In this document: piece after piece, positions 1 through 14,410 of the stretch
Layout of the letters: every line of letters begins with the position of its first letter
How positions within the stretch are numbered: the stretch's first letter is position 1
NCBI GenBank assembly: GCA_008632985.1
Contig: QPGO01000143.1
Coordinates: forward strand, 1 to 64,000
From: Psammoneis japonica
Taxonomy: Eukaryota
Length of the DNA: 64,000 nt
Reading direction: 5' to 3'
Made by a program: the position numbers and the translations under genes
The notes under the pieces: model-generated
What the model saw: only the letters and a program-made list of their open reading frames with translations
Told to the model about the DNA's origin: nothing
The model's database searches: none

Positions 1-1290
1 ATTCTGCCGTGCATTCTGCCGGGAGGAATGAACAGTGGACACACAGTGTGGAATTTTTTAGAAAGTGCCAACAGGAATCTTTTGAAAATGGCCCGTGATT
101 TAAAATGCACAAATTGCTCAAGGACATCTGTAGAATCCACACATTTTTGCACAAAAACTGTTGTCTTCTAAAAACTTGTGCAAAAAAGGACTTGACTGCC
201 AACTGATCAGGCGCGTTTCTGCAAACATGTTGTTCCAAAATGTGCCTGATCAGTTTGCAGTCAAGTTGATTTTTTGGTCTGCACAATTTCTGCGTGTGCC
301 ATTGACAATGATTCTGCAGCACGAAAGATTGCCATTGATGCGGCGTTGACATTTCCACATGCAAGAACTCCAATTTTCAGCAGCAAAATGCTGCTTGGGC
401 AGAATTTTGGCTGCAACGGCACAGCGCATGCTTGGGAATCCCAGGAAACTGCAAAGATGCAGAAAGATGTCACAATCCTGTTGTGATGCAGCATGATTCA
501 CTTCATTTGGGAGCTCTCACAACATTTTTGTTTAGTCACAGAAGCTTCTGAAGACCTTCGAAGATGCTTCAAAGGCAATTTCAAGAATTTCAGTCAAAAA
601 CAAAGATGGTGTCATTTGGCTCAACATTGAAGATGCTTCAAAGTTTCTCCGAAGCTTCTTTGAAGGTCACTTTGCAGCATGCCACAAGCAGCACAATGTC
701 ACATGTTGTCATGTCTTTCTGAAGCACCTCACCCACCCGCCATTTCTTTGCCACAACCTCAGGACCGACTGACGACACAAAGTCACAGGCAAAAGCAATG
801 GATTTGTTGCAACATTGCTTGTCCCGGACAAGATTGCACAGCGGTGATTGAACCCTTTGACAAGTCTGTGGCTGTGCTTTGTGCATGCAGTGGATGTGCT
901 GTGCTGCCACGATGCCTGATGACCTGGCCATGACACGCTCGTTTTCGAAACTCGGCAAAATTCTGTTTTCACCATTTGAAATGAAGGCTTTCAGGGACAG
1001 ACAATGTTGAGTTGTTGCATTGTGCAACACAACAGATGTCTTTGCCTTCAAAGTTTCTGCAAAGAATGGACAATTTTGCCAAAGATTGCATTTCTTTTCA
1101 CCCACAGAAGTCATGAAACGTTTCTTGGAAGTCTTCGAAGCAGATAGAACATGCAGCTTTGTCAAAGATTGAATTTTTTCAATGCACATTTGTATGTCAC
1201 AAAAGATTCTTCGAAGTCATTTTGAAAAATGTCATTTTGAAAACTGTTGTTAATTAAAATTTTCGAAGGAGCAAGGACAGATCCATCCCG
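1..1290. repeat. TpA-depleted degenerate sequence, probably a transposon remnant of unknown class
   Basis: Very few TA dinucleotides; recurring short motifs (gaagatgcttcaaag at ~561 and ~629; cttcgaag); abrupt switch to TA-rich sequence near 1310. Confidence 0.4.
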
Positions 1291-1713
1291 CCCCATGTTG
1301 TGTCGTGCGTAGGGCCTACGTACGTACTTTACGTGGAGCTGTCCCCACAATTTAAAAACGAATAAACGTCCTCAGGTGCAGACATGAAGTAATTTTTCAA
1401 GAACTTGCATGCAATGCATTTTATTAATGCCGGAATTTGAAAATAAAATTTTAATTAGGGAGAAAAAGTGTCCTCACGACTGCATAATAATAATTGCAAT
1501 GGACAGAGCTGACCAAAAGCCGTTGAAAAAATTTCGGGTGTGACACGCTCACAAAAGGCTGCCAACAACGGCATTATTTGATGCCATTGCATATACCGGT
1601 AGGGGTAACTGTCTCAAGCAACAACGAGCAAGATACTGCAGCTACGGTAGAGAACGACGCGACGGCATTAGGCACTGCTATCAAACATAAAGCAACATTT
1701 TTTGCGATTCACC

Positions 1714-3477
1714 ATGCGAGGCTACTTTGCAGCCTCCATAAGCTTTGGTGTTCTCGTTTTTGTCAGCTCTGATCAAGAACCACAAGAAAAAACACCGAGA
1801 GTTCGTCGACGTGATGGCATCATAGAGAAAGCAGTGGATGAATACGCTGAGCGAGACCTTGACACACTGGGTGTAGTAGATCCCGTGGCAAACAACGGGG
1901 TCAAAACTTACAACACTCCAGACTCTGGCTCTTGGCCCTCCTTCAGCGATTGGAATGCGTTAGAGTCTGCCCTTTCAGCAGGTGCTTCACTCGACGGTCC
2001 CTTTATTCGTGGCCAGGGTTGGAAATACTTTTGGGATTGCTCGACGCTTGGTATCAATTCATACTCCATTGCGGCAGGAGGCGATGGCGTTTGCATGCAA
2101 GGTCCGACCTGTGCCCGTGATTTCTGTGATCCCGACGCTGATTATGACCTTCCGGCCTACGTTGCTGACGTGAGGACTCCTCAAGATATAGCCAAGGCTT
2201 TGGAGTTTGCCAACAAACACAACATTGCCGTGTCCGTCAAGACCACGGGTCATTCCCTCACGGGAGCCTCGACAGCTAGAAATTCCTTGTTGATTTGGAT
2301 GCACAACTATCCAAAGAATGGCACCATTGTCAGGGACTACAAGGATTCGTGCGATGATAGCAATACTCACGATGCGGTAGTGGCCATTAATGGAGGTGAG
2401 ACATGGAATGATGTTTTGGAGGCTGTCAAGGGCGAGTATCACATGGTTACTGGTGGTTGTCGCACTGTCTCAGCCGCTGGGGGGTGGCTTCAGGGATGTG
2501 GTCTGTCCCAGTCGAGCCGTACCTATGGCATTGGAATTGACCAAGTGATTGATTTTGACTGTGTGTTGGCAAATGGTACCTTTGTAGAAAAGGTGGATCC
2601 CTGCAATGAGCCCGATCTCTTTTGGGCACTGCGAGGAGGTGGAGGAGGGACCTTTGGAGTCGTGACAAGGATACACTACAAGCTCCACTCCGTGACACCG
2701 GTAACGACACTCAAATGGAGCATGCGTGGATTGCCATGCACGGAACAGGCGGACAGATTCAAACATCGATGGATGGATTACTGGCTTGACATCAGCCCAG
2801 ACCTTGACAATCGGTGGAGTGGCTCATTTGATCCTCAACGCTGTGATCTCACCTTCATGGGAGATCAGGACCAAGCCCGTGAGAGCTTTGTGAATGCTTT
2901 TGATGCGTGGCACGGTGAATCAACTGATACAAGTTTCTTTTCTCCGTTACCAAGCTCAACAATGGAAACATTTGACAACTGGTATGAGTTCATGGGAGGT
3001 GCTGGGGCCTACAACCAGCCGACGATTGCGGAGCTCACGGGGCTTATTTTCTCAGGAGCTCATGAAATGCGTGCTCGACTGGTGCCCCGTGAGGTTGTGA
3101 TTGAACGCAAGGAAGAACTTCTCAACATAATGAAACAGTGGTCAAAGGGTAATTCACATTATGTCAACTACTTTCTTGGTGGAAAGACAAATGAAGTTGC
3201 TGACAATGCAACGGCTGTCAATCCGGCCATGAGAAATGCTGTGTTTCACCTAACGGCTTTTGATCAAGAGACTGGTGACTTGATTCGCAATTTTCTCCCC
3301 AACAACATCACTGGCGTGTCGTTCAATCACCACTACGTCTTGGAACCCAATTGGCGTCGTGCTTTGTGGGGATCAAACTATGACCGCTTGGCGCAGCTCA
3401 AGAAGAAGTACGACCCGAACCATGTCTTTAACTGCTGGCATTGTGTTGGCTACCAAGGAGAAGAGCTGGTGCAGTAA
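1714..3477 (+). CDS. FAD-linked oxidoreductase, berberine-bridge-enzyme/VAO family, with N-terminal hydrophobic segment
   Basis: Uninterrupted ORF (first ATG 1714). FAD-binding motifs VSVKTTGHS, GGWLQGCG and DLFWALRGGGGGTFGVV; C-terminal BBE motif LWGSNYDRLAQLKKKYDPNHVF. Confidence 0.92.
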   Translation: MRGYFAASISFGVLVFVSSDQEPQEKTPRVRRRDGIIEKAVDEYAERDLDTLGVVDPVANNGVKTYNTPDSGSWPSFSDWNALESALSAGASLDGPFIRGQGWKYFWDCSTLGINSYSIAAGGDGVCMQGPTCARDFCDPDADYDLPAYVADVRTPQDIAKALEFANKHNIAVSVKTTGHSLTGASTARNSLLIWMHNYPKNGTIVRDYKDSCDDSNTHDAVVAINGGETWNDVLEAVKGEYHMVTGGCRTVSAAGGWLQGCGLSQSSRTYGIGIDQVIDFDCVLANGTFVEKVDPCNEPDLFWALRGGGGGTFGVVTRIHYKLHSVTPVTTLKWSMRGLPCTEQADRFKHRWMDYWLDISPDLDNRWSGSFDPQRCDLTFMGDQDQARESFVNAFDAWHGESTDTSFFSPLPSSTMETFDNWYEFMGGAGAYNQPTIAELTGLIFSGAHEMRARLVPREVVIERKEELLNIMKQWSKGNSHYVNYFLGGKTNEVADNATAVNPAMRNAVFHLTAFDQETGDLIRNFLPNNITGVSFNHHYVLEPNWRRALWGSNYDRLAQLKKKYDPNHVFNCWHCVGYQGEELVQ

Positions 3478-4271
3478 AGCTACTTGAAGTGCGCTTGTCT
3501 TTGCAACAGACAGTAGAACGACGGAAACGCTACTCTCCATCTTCATTCTGGGGTTGTTGCTTGGGCTTTTTGTGTTCTGTAGTAGTGAAATGGTTAAGCA
3601 AATGATGAAGCTAAAGGAACAAGCAAGAATGCTGCTAGTGCTACAATGATCAAGCATCGCTCCTCGTCGTTTCAAATAAAAGTCCCATGACGGCGTTGTT
3701 TCGGTAGTATGGTCAAAAGAGAGACACACCAGGTCTCCCATCAGCAGACAGCACGAAAACCTTCATAACTACATCGTCCTTTGATGCCATTCTAAAGGTG
3801 TTCTCTTGGTCTCATGTCCCACACATTTTGCTGTACGTTACCTTACCTCCCGGCATGTCTGAGTGGCACAGTTAAGCGGAGCTTTTTCTGCTGCTCAGGT
3901 CTTGTTGGAATTTGTCTTCGGTGATCCCAATGCACCAATTCACGCATGTGAATCCAAAACACTGGGAGCACCCTAGAGTCACAGATGAGGATGCAAAGTC
4001 AAGAACTTGGCATTGCAACAACACAATGTGACAACATGGCTAGAGGGGGGTTGAAGAATGAGTGAGTTCATGGCAAGAGAAGGGAAATTAACCCTGGATT
4101 CAAATGGAGGAGAGTTGCTTCCACAAGCTGAAATCTGGCATTTAACTGGACCAGTTCTTGGAGACAACAAGAGGGGTGACGGATCTTTTTATAAAAAGAA
4201 CAGACACACACAGTTGTGCACTCTCTGCAGACACTAAAACACATTCTTTACATTTTGCATGGCTTGGACAG

Positions 4272-6430
4272 CAATGGCAAGTTGGTCCCTTGATTGATTT
4301 CTCCAAGGGTCTGGACGAGATTCTCAATGATGGCAGCATCATCCTCATTGGTGATGATCACAATGATGGGGCCACCTTCAACCTTGCTGCAATCCTCACT
4401 GTGAATGCTGAAGGCAATGAGCACAAACATCTGCTTCTGGGATTGTCTGGAGCTCACACTTCAACCACTGGCAACACGTTCACAACAGAATTGAATGAGT
4501 GGAAAACATCTCATGCTGGTGGACTCAATTGCGAAAGGTTTGAAGCCATGCCAACAAAGCATGCTAAGAGCAGCCAATGGTCCATCCATGGGATTGACGT
4601 CAAAGACCCCAGTGCAGTCCAAGAAATCCAAAACAAGCATCATGAAACAATCGCCTTTAATCTCTGTCAGTGTTGTCACTCATCTGAGGGCACCATCATG
4701 CCCTGCGGTTCCAGCCATCTCAATGGCGTGAGAGCTTTTAATTGCTCCGGGCTTCATTCCCACTTGGTTTCCCAAGAAAACAGGGAAGCTGTGCTCCACT
4801 GTGATGCTGGCCTGAGGGCCATCAACAAAAATTGCACCAGACATGTCCGCATTGTTGCCATTCTGAAATCATGCATGAGTGCATGCACGTGCGGCATGAA
4901 TCACAATGACCTTGACAAAAAATGATTGAAATGACATGCAAACAAGAGAAAAGCGCAACACAAGAGCTTCATTTTTTAATGATTTGGCTTGTTCATTGAG
5001 AGAGCTCACAAGCCTCAACACATGATTCCCTTGTGTCGATTCTGCCTGTGCCAGAGCAGTGATCACAGGCCTGTTCCTTGCAAGCAACACGGCAATGGCT
5101 CAAATCCACAAATCAACAAGTGCTCTGCTCTGCAATTGTTGTTTCTTGTTTTCATGTTTGATCATCATCAGGTGAAACTTGTGCTCTCCTTGTGCCTTGA
5201 GACTTTTTCGGTCGTGATCTGAAAGTTTGACAAACAGTCGCACTCATGATGAGAAAACCATTCACATGGACATCTCTCACATTCACCCTCCTGCACTCCA
5301 TTTTTCTTCTTCTCCTTCTTCATCTTCTGCAATTGTTCTTTTGTCCCATTTCCCATCAGCTCCTCCATTGTGCCCAACTTGATGCTCATTGTCAGCATTG
5401 TCAAATCATCAATTCCAAGATGCTCTCAGACTCAAGTGAGACTTGTTCTGTGGGACTGCTCCCCCCAGACCAAGCAGGTGCATGACTGCTGGGTCAGAAC
5501 ATGCAGTGAAAAGTGAGGTTTTTTCACAGTTTCCATCCAGCACCCAGTTGCAGAAGTTGCAGCTCTGTCGCTGCACAGATTGCTCAGCGCTGCTCCAGTG
5601 GCACTGGAGCCAAGCCCACTTTTGCACAGCCATGGGTGGGGGCACAGCCTTTGGTGGCCACAAAAAACACAGAAACAACCTCTCCACCACATGGACCACA
5701 AAATGAGAGTTGCCTTGGTTGACTGTGCAGCAACTCATTTGCAGGTTTCAAAGGCCAGGGCACTTTTTTCACAATGCCAAAAGGGCCTGAGGTCAAAAGA
5801 GCACAAAGGCTCCTGAACCCCCAATTGTGCGGGTGCACCTGTGAGTTGCTCCGCTCCCAGCATTTGTGGCTGGAGCACAAAACAGCAGGTTTCCAGTGTG
5901 CTGCACAAACATTTTCATTTTCCTGCTGCTGCTGTCATCCAGTGCACATGCCTCCTGATGCCAGGGTGGAGCTGCAAGAGGATCTTCAACAGCGGCATGT
6001 GCTTTCTCTCAGAGGGAGGGCACCCTCTGGGACCAAACCTTCTTGGATGATTGCTGGGCCAGGCTTGCATTCTAGAACACAAGACTGAGAGCCAACAACA
6101 AGGTGGGTTGGATGGGGCTGCCATTGGACAGAGAAAACAGCTGTTTTCAACACTGCAAAAATGTTTTTCAGTCTGTTCATCTTTCTGCATGTGGGGATTG
6201 CAACTTGTTGGAATGAAGACAGCTGACATGCCTCCAGCAACTGCAACAATGATGTGACCCATTGTTGTTGAGAGAGGGTGATTTCAGATTGCAGATTGCA
6301 TTTGAAGGTGTTGGCTATAATCACCTCCTCCTTGTGTGACACTGTGTGCATTTCTACAAGATGATGGCTTTTGTCAACAAGTGACACACCTTTTGCTGTG
6401 ACCGGAGCAACATTTTTGAAAGATTTTGAA
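4272..6430 (+). repeat. Copy A of a ~2.2 kb direct repeat (partner 15212-17450), heavily TpA/CpG-mutated
   Basis: Colinear from 'caagttggtccct' to 'accggagc.acatttttgaaagattt.gaa'; differences are dominated by TA>TG/CA and CG>TG/CA. Confidence 0.93.
4290..4925 (+). pseudogene. Hypermutated copy of the 15199-15852 ORF
   Basis: All 10 Tyr of the partner ORF are Cys (8) or His (2) here, e.g. NLYQYYRL -> NLCQCCHS. Confidence 0.88.
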
Positions 6431-9400
6431 CATGAAGTTAGCACTGCAATTGGAGTGAGATGTCCACTGATGAGTGCTGTGTCATCAAGTTTTGAGCACC
6501 ATCAATGACATCACTCAGAAACAGACCCCCAATGGGCAGAAGAATCCATCTCTCTGGGGAGAGCTCTCCCAACTGATTCCATCACCATGGAGCTTCCTGA
6601 ACCACCAAATTTCCCTGACAATGCCTGTGTTCATGGCAGTGCTCCAGCCTTGCAGTCTCAAGCCAAGCAAACATGGCAGCATCATTTGAAACCACCAAAG
6701 CTCCCAACTTACCTTGACGGTGACAGCCCAGCCAAGCAGCCAGGAAACCCAAGATCCAACTTCTGACTCTGGCCAATGCTTGATGCACCTGATCCCCCAT
6801 GGTGGACAGACCAATTTCCATGAGGGATGCTTGTGTTGCTGGAGCCCCAATCACAAATTCAGAACCTGCCCACATTGCACCAGTCCAAAAGCAGTTGACA
6901 TCTTTCAAGAAAACCCCAGTCTTGTGTGATGCAAGACTGGTGACCACAACAAGAGCTTGGAACATTGCCCCCACCTCCTCCTGTGATGCCTGCCCCAAGC
7001 CTGATGCAGCAAGCACTTGCCACCACCTTGGTGGATGCACCAAGGGCTTTTTCTCCTTTGAGTGAAATGATTTTGCATGATGGACAACTGCATCATTTGT
7101 GCAATGCTTGCAACATTTTGGCATTGTGGTCTCTTTGTCATGACACATGCAGGTGGCATTGTGATTGTGTCATTGATGCAGGCAATGTCAGCATTTGGTG
7201 TTGGAGCAGCTGGTCATTCAGTCGGTGGCAATGTGTTGGTGTGAGTGGAGTTGCAGTTGGAGCAGGCTGCACTGGGCGGGTGTCTGTGCAGGACTTGGGG
7301 TGGCATCACAGGTGGTGCCATTGATGGCCTCATGGACACAGGCAGTGCCACAGTCTTTGGCATTGGAGTGGCTGGCAATTCAGTCTGTGGAGTTGGAGTT
7401 GGCCAGGTGGCATTTGCGTTGGCGCAAGTGGCATCGCAGTTAGAGCAGGCAGTGCCGGGTGGGTGTCTGTGTGAGATGCGCATGGAATGGCTTGGCAGCC
7501 CTGCAGCAGCCTGTGGTTGCATTTGGAGCTTGGAGCTGCCAACTGACACTTTGACTGACCCACATTGTGAACACCTGGCTTTCATCACTCATTTTGGAAT
7601 TTTGGCCAAGGTTGAGAAGATTGTGCTGTTCAAAAATCTGTGACATCAACCCTTTGAATGGAAGAGCCAGGTGGAAAAGCTCTGCCAAGGGGCCAGAGCC
7701 ATGCACACCAACCCATTTAAAGTGAGCACATGCGCCCAGTCAAATCCAAGAAGAGGGGACGCATTGGCTGCACTCCTGACACATGCACCAAAGATGTGAT
7801 CCACAATTTAGTTGTCCATGCACAAGCACAAGAACAGTGCAACTGATGTGACAAAAGAAGAGCAAGGCACTCAACTGTGCAGCTGCATGGCAATGGGATC
7901 AAAGCAATGGCAATGGCCATGGCAATTCAAAAACAATGCAAAGTCACAGACACAGCATCAGGAAGAGGTCACAACAAACATGGTGGCTAGAAGCTGTGGT
8001 GTCTGAAGCTGGGTGAGCTCTCAAGATGGCTCAGATCCATCACAGCATGTTTTTGACAAGAGTTCTTTCCACATCTGTGTGGCAAGTCCAGTGCAGAGTT
8101 TGATTTGGCAGACCAGTGCATCATGACAGTTCTGAGGGTGCAGATTGCTTCTTTTGGCTGCAAAGTGGTTCACAACCTGGAAATCAATGACTCACTTGCC
8201 TCACTGTCAGCCAGCACCGCAAATTTAGAGAGTGAAAGTTGGGGAAGATGGATCATTTTGTCAAGTCTCAAAAGTGGCTCAAGAGTGTGAGCCAACAAGA
8301 AGAGTTGGCTGCACAATTCATCATGAAAGTGCAGAGTTCATTGTGTTGGAGCATGGTGTCTCCATTGTCATTCTAGAGCAAACAGCAGATGGCATTGATT
8401 TGGCTGTTCAGCAAACTTGTGTGTGCCTTGACAACTGGTTGCACCACATTCGGAGATTGTGCTGGAATGATGAAAAAGTCAACTTGTGCTTGCATTGTTC
8501 AATCATGGGAAAAAAGCCATTGGCTTTCCTTGGCCCTTTTGGAGCAATTGGGCAGCATGTGAAAGAGGAGCTGCAGAAAGACATGGACAGTGCCATTTTG
8601 ATGCATTGTCATCATGAGTTGTGAGCCATGAGCCATGCATGATGGAGTGCCATGCTTTTAAAATGCAGAGTTCAAGAGCCTGTGCAGAGTGGAAGGGAAC
8701 AGCCAAAGGAGGCACAGAAGTGGCTGCAGTGACAGCAGAGCCGAGTGGGCACAAAACGCAGGATGCAGGGTGTTCGGCAGGGGGATGAGGGGGCAGGGAG
8801 AGAGAAAGTGATTTGGAGAGTGTGCATGGAGAGGTGAAGAACAATGTTGCAGCTAAGAGAGCTTGGATGGCCCATTGAGAAGGAAAGGCAGTGTGACATG
8901 TGCTGCCAAAGCAATCAGTGGACAGGCGGTGCCATGCAAAGTCAGCAGATGGGAGGAGGGCAGATGGAGATGACAGGGCACAGAGAAAGGTGGAGTGGGA
9001 GGCATCGGAGTGGCAAAGGTTGGATGAGGAGGACCAGGGAGGTTTGGGTTGAGAGCAGATGGAGGAAAATGTAGAGCCAAAGAGAAAGCAGTGAGCAAAA
9101 AATCTGAGGCCAAGATGATCAATGGCAAAAGGGAGAAGGAAGATGCCGTCATTGTTGAGTGAAGCAACAACTGGGGATCCATCAGCAGAGGAAGCAGAGG
9201 GGCTAAGAAACCAACTTCAATCTCACACTCAAATGGTGCACCTCAGCAAACCACATGGTGGGGGGCAGAACAGAGCTCCTTGTGAGCAGAGAAGGAGAGT
9301 TCATGGTGGCAAGAGGCTCAAAAAGGTGGAGGGGTGGACACAAGGGAGTGAAGCCATTGAGAAGAAGAGCACCAATCACCAACATCATGAAGGGAACAGA

Positions 9401-12400
9401 GAACAATGTCAATGTTGAGGGCAGAACGGGGAGCAAAGTGCCTGTTTTGCAAATGATTGAGAAGATGCACAGAAGAGAGATGGGCACATTGGCTGTGACA
9501 GCAATGTCTGCAGACATGCAAACCAGCGGCATCAAAGAATGCAGCAGGTGCTTGAGAAAAAGAGAAACGAGGGTGCTCCTGGCAAAGGTGGCTGTGTGCA
9601 GCAGCAGGAAGAGAGGAAGCATTTGCAGATGGAGGAGACCAGGAGCAAAAGGGACAGGCCAGCAGGGCACAGGTTTCAGTGGGTTCCACAATGTGATGGT
9701 GTTGGGGGGTGAGTCAAAGTCAGGGGCTGCAGTCCAGACAGCAGCTTTGCACAGGGGGCATCCAGTCAGAGAGGTGAGCTGGGCACCAACAAGTGCCAAC
9801 AAAGGCATTGAGGGCATCCAGGAGTTCCATCTTGTGCTGGGACTGCTGAGGAGTGACAGAGTTGTCAGACTCAGTCTGAGAGATTCATCAGGAATGTCAG
9901 CTGGCTGTGCGGGAGCGTCAGGAGAGGGATGGGGGCACTTGAAGAGAGGGGGCTCAGCAGTCAGAGAGCGGGTGTGCAGGCAAAGGCTCGGAGGAGGCCC
10001 ATTGGCAGGAAGTGGGTCTTGGGGTTCACGAAGCTGCCAGTCCTGAGCAAGCAGCTCAAGAGCATGGACAGCAGGAAAAGAAGTTGCATGAAGGGGCAGG
10101 CAGCTGAAGAGTGGCAGAGGCATGGGACCAGGAAACTGCATCATCATTGAGGGAAGCATCCAATGCAGAAGAGAGGAGATTGGAGGGAAAGCCAGGACAG
10201 TTGTGCAAGTTGGCATCCAAAAGGGCAATTGCACACAGAGATGGGAAGAAAAGAAGCTTGTGCTTGATTGGAAGGGCATTGCAAGCAGAGAAGATGGGAA
10301 TTAGAGACCAAAGGTTTGAAGCAGAGAGAAGGTGGTTGATGCCAGGCTGGGTCAGGGGAAGCTTGAGATGGTCAGAGACAACCACAACCATGTTGTTTTG
10401 ATGGGAGACAAGTTTGGAGAGAGAGCATTGCAGGTCGCAGAGAAGTTGGTGGGAGCTGGGAAGGGGATGACAGTGGTGGAAGTGCACAAAATAGAAAATG
10501 GAGCAGGCGGAGCATTGGGCGGGTTGGCAACATGAAGAGGGGGCACTCCAGATGGCATTGAAGGCTGCAGAGACATGGAAAACCTGGAGAGCATGGTGAC
10601 ATGTCTCTCAGCAGAGTTGGCAGGACACTGAGATGGCCAAATGCCAATGACATTGAGAAAGGAAGAGCAGTTTTGGAAGGACTGATGGATGGGGTTGGTG
10701 GTGGCACTGGAGATTCTGCCAACAAGAAAAGAGTGAAGGTGAGACAAGAGAAACTCACAGGTGCAGCAAGAAGTGCCACAAAGGGCAGGGGTTGGGCCAG
10801 CAAGAATGCCACGAGCCTTGTCAAAGGAGCCACAGGCAGGGATCATAAAGGTGCAGTGTTGAGCCCAAGGATTGTCCACAATGGGGGTCGGCAAAAAGTC
10901 AGGATGAAGGAAGTTGGAGAAGGAGCTGGTGGAGCAAAATGCAGCAAAGTGGGATGTGGGATGAAGGTGCCACTTTTGAAGGAGAAAGGAAAGCACTTGG
11001 CTGCAGAAGGAGAGAAAATCAAAAGTGGAACCTTCAGGCGTCACTGGATGGAAGGTGGCATGGAAGCAGGAGGCCCACTGGCTTTGATGAGGACAAGAGC
11101 ATTTCTTGGTCTGAGAGAGCATCACAGAGCCAAGCGCAAAGAGAAGTGGAGAGACACACTTGTCATGATGTTGCAGCATCTTGAGGACAATGTCACGAAT
11201 GACATCAGAAGCAAGAGCTGTGGCAGGCACATCAGGAGGATCAGTGGGACAAAGGACCTGAGCCAGAAGCTTGACGTTGGCCAAAGGGGAGGAAGCAGAA
11301 GCAGTCATGGCAGAAAGCAAAAGAGAAAAAGATGACAACTTGCAGAGAGTTGTTGTTGTGAGCGAATTGCCAAAAACAGCAAGGGGCCCACAGGAATCAA
11401 GTGGGGACACAACATGAAGGGTGGCAGGAAGGAAGCAAATGTGCAAAGCAATTCATGAAGCGGCATGGGAAGACAGGAAGAAAGCAGGTGGAGGCGTGAC
11501 ACAGGCAGCTGCATTTGGAGACACATGGGAAGGTGCACAGAAATGTGGGAAAGTGACCACAATGGAAGAAGGTGCAAAGGGAGTCATGGATGGAAAAGGG
11601 CAGGCAGCAGAAAGGGTGGGAGGAGAAACTGACACAAGCAAATGATTGGTTGAGGAAAGCCGTCAGGATGGGAGACAGGAAGAGCTGCAGAAAGGCAGAG
11701 AAGCAATCATGTCCAAAGACACGAAAGAAGTTGGGGATGGGAAAAGGGCAGTGGGAAGGACAGAAGGGGAGGCTGGCAAGAGCAACTGATTGGTTGAGGA
11801 AAGTGGATGGGGCAGAATGGATGGAAAGATTGCAATTGTGGAAACCGGGGGTCAGCGGCCAGCACAAAGGGCAGATGTGTTCCAGTCCCAGGTGATGCAC
11901 AAAACAACAATCAATTTTGAATGTAAATCATGTGTCTCTTGTGCATGGAGCATTTGCATGTAAAATGCTTGAGCAGATGTGCTTTTGCAGGTGTCTGGAG
12001 CATGCACATTTAATTGGTTTTTTTGTTGGCATGCAAGTTCTCATGGGATGTGTGACACAAACTCCCTCAGCAGACTCAGTGCTGATTGTGTGTCAGCACA
12101 TTGCACACAGAGATTTGTCTGCAGGTGGAAACAATGCCAGACAGCATTGCAGAAAAAGTGCTCATGTTGACATCAAAATGACAGCAACAATTTTGCCGAA
12201 AATCATCCGTTGTGTGGCAACTCATTTGTTGCAACAAAAAACATGGATTGCACGAAAACAATGGCATTGCAACACTGACACGAGTCTTGTCAGTGTTGCA
12301 AAACATTCAAATTTGAATGGGTCTGTGCTTTTGGTGGAGAAAGCTTGATCGCAAGTCAGAGACCACGCAAAAATTGTGCAAATGTTATTCTTGTGCATGA

Positions 12401-14410
12401 TTTGGTTCACATGCGGCTGGAACACATCGGCACAGAAGTGTGCAGACAGAAGGAATGAAGGAAGCGAGCAAAAGGAGATGAAAAGGGGCAATGGCAATGG
12501 CAACAGCAACAAGAAAAAGGAGCTGCAAAAAGAAAGATGGCCATGACGGAGGGTCAGGAGGCCACTTTGGGAGGTGCAGCAAAGAGCTGCCACATCCAAA
12601 AAGGAGTGCCATTGCTGCACACATCACAATCATCATTGGTTTCATTTGTTGCAGCGGCTGCTGTTTTTGCACTCATGGCTGTCTGTGTGTGCCACACAGG
12701 AATGAGAAATGTGCGTGCTTGGCTGTCGTGCACATCTGTCACATGTCACATCTATGCCAAATCTTGGTGACAACGCCATTTGGCATTTGGCTCATTGAAC
12801 AAAAACCACCACAGCCACGCACTTTTCCCATGCTTCCTTTCTCTCCAAGCGACACTTTTTTGACACTTGAAGCTGGTCGCCGCAAGAATCTTGGGGACAA
12901 ACACTGCCAATCCCCACTCACATGCTTCTTGCAAGTCACCAACTCTTTTCTTGGCAAGTGCCTCTTCTACATTTGCTGTGCTTTCCCACCAAATCTTGTC
13001 AGCAGCCACTGCATCACTCCGTTTCCTTTTCTTTCCTTTCCCTTTGCCACGGCTTTCTTTTTTGATCCTTTTTTGTTCAACAATCTTCTTCTTTTCAATT
13101 TCTTTTGCATCATCCTCTGGCAGCCATGTGTCATCATCTTCTCCTTCGTTGTCATCAACAAAATCAAATGTGCCCACTTTCCTTCTTGCTGCTGCCTTGC
13201 GTTCCACCTTTGCACCATCACACACCCAACACAATTTCACTCTGTCCACACCACATGGCTGCTGTGCAAAACACTTCCTGCATTTCCAAGTTTTTCCTTC
13301 ACCTTTTTCAGCACTGTTCACTGTCACATTCTTCACATCAACTCCTTTCTTGAGTGCACTTTCCATTCTCTTTATTTGCATTTTGGTTCTCAACTTCTTC
13401 CTCTTTGAAGCCACCTCTTGCCAATGTTGACGCATCTTGAATTTTGCTCTGACATGTTTTGACATTTGCTTCAAATCAAACACAGGCAAAACTGATGGCA
13501 CTCCAAACACAATGGGCTTGTTCCATCCTTCTGCAAATGTTTGAACTCTGTCATGCAATGACGCCGCATCACTCTAAACAGGATGCAAAAAATGGGCACC
13601 ACCGGAGTCAGAGCTGATCGGACCACCTTCCTTTCTTCCCGCTCTCTCTCTCTCTCTTTTGCTCCTTTTTCAATCTCTCAATTTCTTCACAATTCTTTCT
13701 TTCCTCCCTTCCTCTCTTCTTGTCCTTCTCTCCCTCGTTTCGTCCATCTCTGTTGTTTTCCATCACATCGTCATCAGAAACACTGCTCCTGGTTTGTTTT
13801 GGAAACACTCCAGTGCTTTGCTTTTGAAACACTCCAAAACTTCCTGCCATCATTTTTGCGATCACTTGCATGTGCACATCATTCATTGTGATGCCCCTGC
13901 CCTTGAGTGCTTTTGCAACAGTGCTCTTCCACTGTGAAAATGAACATGTCTGCGACACTCCCAATGTCTTTTCTGCATGGCTCCCATTTGAACATCCCCT
14001 TTCCCAATGTTTTTTCTCCCCTTTGTTTCTTTTTTTTTGCCAGCTGCGCCACTTTGACGTGCAGCACATTTTCTTTGTTCTCCCCCCTTTCATTGCTTTG
14101 ACTGATGCATCTCCATTGCCCCATGACCATCACCTGTGACACCGCCAACCAACAATCATCTCGCCCATGTTTCTGGACATCTCTTCTCACCGATCATGCA
14201 TCTTGCCCCCTGCAACACTGCCGCCCAATCCCCAATTTTCCTCCTCCCGCATCCATGGCCGTCGAAGAAGTCTGCCATCCTGCACATCTAATCTGTCACA
14301 TCTTCTGTGCTGTGCACTGCCTTCTGTACCTGCCCACCTGCAGCACCCATGTCCTGTGCACTCACGTAGAATCAGCACTGGAGCCCACTGAGCATGCTGC
14401 AGATCGAAGC
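6431..14410. mobile_element. Long TpA/CpG-depleted tract of degenerate repeat/TE and gene remnants, unclassifiable
   Basis: Near absence of TA. Internal duplications (7200-7290 vs 7362-7475; gattggttgaggaaag at ~11644 and ~11788). A Lys/Asp/Glu-rich remnant ORF at 12752-13558 (-). No convincing domain recognised. Confidence 0.45.

Noticed and set aside
3900..14400. Dense overlapping Cys/His-rich, Tyr-free ORFs in all six frames (also 40000-45900 and 55600-57400)
   Set aside because: By-product of TpA loss, which removes TAA/TAG stops and Tyr codons; these are not genes or metal-binding peptides.
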